DNA of 64,000 nucleotides from a phage: sequence record PZ583743.1; one strand, given 5' to 3'. Position 1 is the stretch's first letter. Every line of letters begins with the position of its first letter. Below, piece by piece: positions 59,387 through 64,000 of this stretch. Below the pieces are notes generated by a model. That model was not told the DNA's origin. It did no database searches and worked only from the letters and a program-made list of their open reading frames with translations. A program made the position numbers and the translations under genes.

Positions 59387-60073
59387 TTAAAAATCGTGGG
59401 TAGAATCAGCTTCAAGAGCTACTACATAATTCGCATGTTCACCTTCAAATTTAGCAGCGCCTTGTTTACCTTTTGCCCAGAGCAGAAGTTTATAATTTCC
59501 TGGTTGCATTTTCATATTTGCCATATTGATAATGAAATTAAATGTATTTTCACCATCATAATCACCAAGAGTCAAAGAATATTTAACACGGGTCAGAGCA
59601 GAATCTTCTACTTTATTAAAACCGTTAATTACGATTTTACCTTCTTTTACCGTGATAGCAATTGTATCAATTTGCAGACCACGAGATACACGCAACAGTT
59701 GTTGAAGGTCTTCAGCTTTAATTTCAGTAACAACAGATGCTACTGGGAATGGAATTGGTTTATTAGGAGCAACTACTGTACTCGGATCAGCTGCTGGCCA
59801 AAAAATTGTTGAACGAGCATCAGCAATTTTAATATTTCCATCTTCTGACTGGGAAATTTCTGCATCATCATTAACTAGAGACAGAATACCGAGAAAACCG
59901 TTCAAATCGTAAATTGCTACATCAAAATCAATAGTGTCAGAAATATTTGCTTCTGCATAAGTTGTACCATTAACCGCGCGAGTCATAATAAATTGACCGG
60001 ATTTAAGCATAATACCGGAGTTAATAGTAGCGAAATTTTTAAGCAGAGCAGTAGTATCTTTAGACAGTTTCAT
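59387..60073 (-). CDS. 45: Sliding clamp gp45
   Basis: 228 aa, same length as T4 gp45. Confidence 0.9.
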   Translation of the reverse strand: MKLSKDTTALLKNFATINSGIMLKSGQFIMTRAVNGTTYAEANISDTIDFDVAIYDLNGFLGILSLVNDDAEISQSEDGNIKIADARSTIFWPAADPSTVVAPNKPIPFPVASVVTEIKAEDLQQLLRVSRGLQIDTIAITVKEGKIVINGFNKVEDSALTRVKYSLTLGDYDGENTFNFIINMANMKMQPGNYKLLLWAKGKQGAAKFEGEHANYVVALEADSTHDF

Positions 60074-60128
60074 GTAATTTCCTTCAATTCAAATGAGATT
60101 TAATTTTATAACTAATTTAATAAAGCAA

Positions 60129-60518
60129 TTAACGATTAAAATCAGCAGCAATTGTTTCCGCAACAATTTGAGCAGCAACAATTAGACGTTCATCTGCATT
60201 ACCGCAATAATCATCTTCAAGGCGTTCACCACATGAAGTCATAATAAATTTAGCACCAGCATTTAGAGATTCTGTCGTATGTTTGCGCATCAGTTCAATC
60301 CATTTATCACTCACTTCACGATCGATAGCTTCATAATATGCATGACGAGCAGGTGCAGATTTAATTTTGTTCTGAATAACTTCCATTGCGTTATCAGAAA
60401 GAGACAAAACCCATGCTCGACGAATTTTATTTTGGTTTTGCGGATTTGATTCAGAACGCACGTGTTTTGGCTGGATATCTTTTACATCAACAGTATAATT
60501 CACAGTAATTTTAGTCAT
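60129..60518 (-). CDS. rpbA: RNA polymerase-binding protein RpbA
   Basis: 129 aa, same length and position as T4 RpbA. Confidence 0.7.
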   Translation of the reverse strand: MTKITVNYTVDVKDIQPKHVRSESNPQNQNKIRRAWVLSLSDNAMEVIQNKIKSAPARHAYYEAIDREVSDKWIELMRKHTTESLNAGAKFIMTSCGERLEDDYCGNADERLIVAAQIVAETIAADFNR

Positions 60519-60527
60519 AATACACCT

Positions 60528-60716
60528 TTAGTCATAATAATCAGTAACAGTCCAAGCTTCATTTCTGTTGGACATTATTTTCGTATATTCTGCTTTAAAT
60601 GCATTCTTAAGCATAGATTCAGTAACTATATGCTCTTCATTAGAAAAATTATTTCTCAGAATATATCGTTTTATTTCAGGAATAGTTAATAGATGCTGTC
60701 CAGTTGAATATTCCAT
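60528..60716 (-). CDS. Hypothetical protein (T4 45.2 position)
   Basis: 62-aa ORF with MotA-box middle promoter upstream. Confidence 0.55.
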   Translation of the reverse strand: MEYSTGQHLLTIPEIKRYILRNNFSNEEHIVTESMLKNAFKAEYTKIMSNRNEAWTVTDYYD

Positions 60717-60733
60717 GTTTTTCCTCCATAGAG

Positions 60734-60760
60734 ATTATACTCTAATAAATTAAAGCATAA
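60734..60760 (-). promoter_or_regulatory. Middle promoter (MotA box plus -10)
   Basis: Minus strand ttaTGCTTTA, 11 nt, TATAAT; about 18 nt upstream of ORF 60528..60716. Confidence 0.55.
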
Positions 60761-60771
60761 TCTCTTATAAA

Positions 60772-62454
60772 TTAAACCATTACAGTAAATCGACCAACTT
60801 TCTTCATTTGAAGATGCTGACCATATTCTTGTGGGTCATGGTCTTTGTGCGAAATTATAAAAACATTAGTATTTTTCATTGAATTTATAATATTCGCTAC
60901 ACCTTTAATACCTTCGGCATCAAATGACCCATCAAACACTTCATCAAGAATTAATGTACTAATACTAACACCAGATACAATAGAAGCAATATCACGCCAA
61001 GTAAATAAAAGAGCAATATCGATTCGTGCCTTTTCACCTTCACTAAATGAAGCATAACTAAAATCTTCACGACCACGGGATTTAATTGTCTCATTAAATT
61101 CTTCATCTAATGTAAACACATAATCCGCTTCCATTATTTTAAGATAATAGTTAATCTGCTTATTAAATAATGGAATGTACTTTTTAATAATAGCACCTTT
61201 AATACCAGAATCTTTGAGCATGTCAGTCAAAATTCCTCTGTGGTATTTTTCCATTACTAAATTAGTTTTTGTCTTAACAATTTTATCAAGTTCTTCTTGA
61301 AGCAGTGCTATTTCATCAGCATGGTCAATAAACTCGGATGATGCTTTTTCTATAGCCGCTTTAACTTTTTTAGCTTTATCTACCGTCGTGATTAAGGATT
61401 GCTTTTTATTGCGAATATCATTTGCCAATGACTGCTGAGTCTTAATATTATCTCGGTATTCATCAACAAGAACTTTTAAATTATCACGATGTGTTGAAAG
61501 CTGTTCAAACGAATGCGTGCATTCAGAAACTTTATCTTTAATTTTAGAAACAACTTTATCACCGGAACTTAACTGTGACAAACAAGTTGGACATAATCCA
61601 CCTTCGTGATACATATTAATGACTTTATTATACGAGTCAATTTTTGATTTAATTAAAAATGCTTCTTGACCGATTTTATTAAATGCATCAGTCGGGTCTT
61701 CATCCAAAACAATATTAACTAATCTTTCATTAGCTTCTTCTATTTCCGATTTTAGCGTTCTAGCTTCTTTTGCCAAATCATCATACATATTCTGCAGACG
61801 AGTAAGGTTATCACCAGTTAATTTTTTCTGGCGTTCAACATTATCGTTATATATTTTAATTTGTTGGATAATACTATCTTTTTTAACATCAAGCACTTGG
61901 TTTTGTGAATTTAATTCACGTATTAGTGCTTTATTAAGCTTATCCATTTCAGCTAATGTTCCTACTTCGAGCAGGTCTTCGACAAGCTTTCTTCTTGCAG
62001 GAGTGGATAGGCCCATGAAAGGGGTATATCCAGCCGTGCCGAGTACGACGATCTGTTTGAAACTGGCGTATGACATTCCGATAAGCTGTTCAAATTCTGC
62101 TTGGAAATCTTTACTGCTGGCAGATTCATTAAGACGTGTACCGTTAACGGTGATTTCGAAAACATTCGGTTTTTGTCCTCTTTTGATATAGTACTTTTTT
62201 TCATCATATTCCATCCACAGTTCAACTAAAAGTTCTTTCTTATTTGTGCTGTTTATTAATTGGCCTTTCTTTACATCACGGAATGGCTTGCCAAAAAGCC
62301 CAAATGTGATGGCTTCTAACATAGTAGACTTACCACCGCCATTTCGCCCAGTAATAAGAGTTTTTTGAACCTTATCTAATTGAATGTCAATAGGATTTCC
62401 ACCTACTGACATTATATTTTGATACCTAACTCGGTTTAGTTTAAAATTCTTCAC
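60772..62454 (-). CDS. 46: Recombination endonuclease subunit gp46 (Rad50/SbcC-like ATPase)
   Basis: 560 aa, same length as T4 gp46; Walker A GRNGGGKST; GTG start in ORF track. Confidence 0.9.
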   Translation of the reverse strand: MKNFKLNRVRYQNIMSVGGNPIDIQLDKVQKTLITGRNGGGKSTMLEAITFGLFGKPFRDVKKGQLINSTNKKELLVELWMEYDEKKYYIKRGQKPNVFEITVNGTRLNESASSKDFQAEFEQLIGMSYASFKQIVVLGTAGYTPFMGLSTPARRKLVEDLLEVGTLAEMDKLNKALIRELNSQNQVLDVKKDSIIQQIKIYNDNVERQKKLTGDNLTRLQNMYDDLAKEARTLKSEIEEANERLVNIVLDEDPTDAFNKIGQEAFLIKSKIDSYNKVINMYHEGGLCPTCLSQLSSGDKVVSKIKDKVSECTHSFEQLSTHRDNLKVLVDEYRDNIKTQQSLANDIRNKKQSLITTVDKAKKVKAAIEKASSEFIDHADEIALLQEELDKIVKTKTNLVMEKYHRGILTDMLKDSGIKGAIIKKYIPLFNKQINYYLKIMEADYVFTLDEEFNETIKSRGREDFSYASFSEGEKARIDIALLFTWRDIASIVSGVSISTLILDEVFDGSFDAEGIKGVANIINSMKNTNVFIISHKDHDPQEYGQHLQMKKVGRFTVMV

Positions 62455-62714
62455 AAAAGATTCCTTTTAATGTATCTTTTAGACCATTCTATCATATCAT
62501 CATAATCTAAAAAGTATTCATCAAATTCAGCCATGCAAACAACACCTTGTGCTGCTTTTGATGTGATATAAATTATTCCAACATATCTAGAATCTTCTTC
62601 GGTGTAATCAATATTTGCTATGAATTCATCGTTAATGTCAAATGTCGAAAACTTCACAGTATGCATCCTTAATACAAGATACAGCCATATCTTGTAATGA
62701 TTTAGGTGTGTCAT
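62451..62714 (-). CDS. Hypothetical protein (start uncertain)
   Basis: 87-aa ORF overlapping next ORF in another frame; SD-backed internal GTG or ATG start is likely. Confidence 0.4.
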   Translation of the reverse strand: MTHLNHYKIWLYLVLRMHTVKFSTFDINDEFIANIDYTEEDSRYVGIIYITSKAAQGVVCMAEFDEYFLDYDDMIEWSKRYIKRNLL

Positions 62715-62901
62715 TATCTAAAATGTTGAAGTTAAAAGATACAGCCCAGTCAGTGCAGACCGTGACCTTTTTAATACAATTATCTTCAACCTCTAGTGGT
62801 TCAAACCAGTATTCAATAATTTCTTTATGACCAATATCATCTTTTACTTCACATTCAAAATGCTGACTCATCATAACATTTTTAAATTCATCAAAAGTCA
62901 T
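62638..62901 (-). CDS. Hypothetical protein
   Basis: 87-aa ORF coupled to gene 47 stop. Confidence 0.5.
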   Translation of the reverse strand: MTFDEFKNVMMSQHFECEVKDDIGHKEIIEYWFEPLEVEDNCIKKVTVCTDWAVSFNFNILDNDTPKSLQDMAVSCIKDAYCEVFDI

Positions 62902-63917
62902 TGTGTTGCCTCTACATATAACTGATTTGCATATTGAATAAGTGCTTCACGGTCAGAATCAGTGATGTCTGGAATTGCATTAATGTATTCTTCCATCAAC
63001 GTCTGAAGAGATTGAACTTCAACTTCTTCACTATCATCTGACTCGACAGAGTTATCAATCTTTGACACAACTCGTAATGAATGCACAACTTTTTCTAGTT
63101 CAGATTCGAACTTCGTCAGATTTTTGTCTACTTCAGTTACTATAACACGTACTGATAGATTTGTAAAATCTTTATAGTCAATTTTTCCTTTAAATGGATA
63201 ATGAATTCTACGATGCCAGGTAGTATTGTTTGGAATAAATTCCATTCGTTCTGTTTCTGTATCAAACATCCAGAACCCACGAGGGTCATTCTCGTCACCT
63301 GCAGTTAGTGTCCATGGTGTCCCAATATATCTGACGTTTGCAGCCTCAGAAATAGTATGGAAGTGACCAGACCACACTTCTTTATAAGTCTTAAGGAAAT
63401 CAGGTTCAAGACCGTGAGATTTCATTCCTTTATAAAAATAAAATCCATTCAGTTCCCAGTGACCAACACAAAAAGAAGCAGATGAAGTTTTGATATGCTC
63501 AAGAATTTCACCAGTATTTTCTTCACACATCCAAGGAATTAAATCAATCAAACATCCGTCAAAATCTACTGTAGTAGGCTTATCATATACTTTAACATTA
63601 GGATATTTAGCCAAAAGCTCAGTAGAGGCATTTGGATGCATTACATTTTTATAGTGGAGATCGTGATTTCCTACAATAGTGTGTAATGTAATTCCAGCAT
63701 CATCAAGCGTTTGAACTATTTCACGGGCAAACTCCATAGTTTTATGTGTGATCGCTTTTCGCACATCAAAAATATCACCATATTGAATCCAGGTAGTAAT
63801 TCCATTTTTCTTAGAATATTCTATTGCTTGTTTAATTCCATCAATTTGAATACCGCGAATCCACTCATCATCAGCTTTAACGCCTAAATGCCAATCACCT
63901 AAATTTAAAATTTTCAT
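62898..63917 (-). CDS. 47: Recombination endonuclease subunit gp47 (Mre11/SbcD-like)
   Basis: 339 aa, same length as T4 gp47; phosphoesterase motifs LNLGDWHLG and GNHD. Confidence 0.9.
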   Translation of the reverse strand: MKILNLGDWHLGVKADDEWIRGIQIDGIKQAIEYSKKNGITTWIQYGDIFDVRKAITHKTMEFAREIVQTLDDAGITLHTIVGNHDLHYKNVMHPNASTELLAKYPNVKVYDKPTTVDFDGCLIDLIPWMCEENTGEILEHIKTSSASFCVGHWELNGFYFYKGMKSHGLEPDFLKTYKEVWSGHFHTISEAANVRYIGTPWTLTAGDENDPRGFWMFDTETERMEFIPNNTTWHRRIHYPFKGKIDYKDFTNLSVRVIVTEVDKNLTKFESELEKVVHSLRVVSKIDNSVESDDSEEVEVQSLQTLMEEYINAIPDITDSDREALIQYANQLYVEATQ

Positions 63918-64000
63918 ATATCAAGAACCGTCATTGAAATGCAAAATAAAATTATTGAAATAAATCCATCTGGAGTGCTAAAGAACCCAATCCAACATGC
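63914..64000 (-). CDS. C-terminal end of an upstream ORF (partial, product unknown)
   Basis: Open frame ending ...GFISIILFCISMTVLDI with TGA overlapping gene 47 ATG; 5' part outside window. Confidence 0.3.
   Translation of the reverse strand, partial: ACWIGFFSTPDGFISIILFCISMTVLDI

Overview
The window is a contiguous segment of a T-even (T4-like, Tequatrovirus-type) myovirus genome. Gene order and protein sequences match the T4 map from nrdB through frd, gene 32, the long tail fibre cluster 34-38, holin t, asiA, motA, 52, ndd, denB, rIIB and rIIA, then 39, dexA, dda, modA/modB, soc, 56, dam, 61, 41, uvsX, 42, 43, regA, 62/44/45, 46 and 47. Almost all early and middle genes are on the minus strand; the tail fibre genes 34-38 and t are on the plus strand. 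Several traits indicate a T2/T6-like relative rather than T4 itself: a 260-aa glycine-rich gp38 adhesin, a gp37 with a C-terminal chaperone-like domain, an unsplit 606-aa gene 39, a GT-A fold glycosyltransferase where T4 has beta-gt, no segF between 56 and soc, and an intronless td. Regulation is visible directly in the sequence: many sigma70-type early promoters (GTTTAC, 18 nt, TAnnAT), TATAAATA late promoters, UUCG-loop hairpins and terminators, and the gene 32 and gene 43 translational operators. I found no rRNA, tRNA, CRISPR array or transposase. I did not find a clear-cut new multi-gene system. The best candidates for undescribed biology are accessory ORFs that I do not recall at these positions in T4: a nuclease-like ORF translationally coupled to dam with a convergent small membrane ORF, a 115-aa ORF inserted between frd and td, an ORF upstream of soc interrupted by one in-frame TGA, two lipoprotein ORFs, and near-identical promoter-terminator cassettes that flank variable ORFs. 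All names rest on my memory of T4 sequences and gene order; no database search was run.
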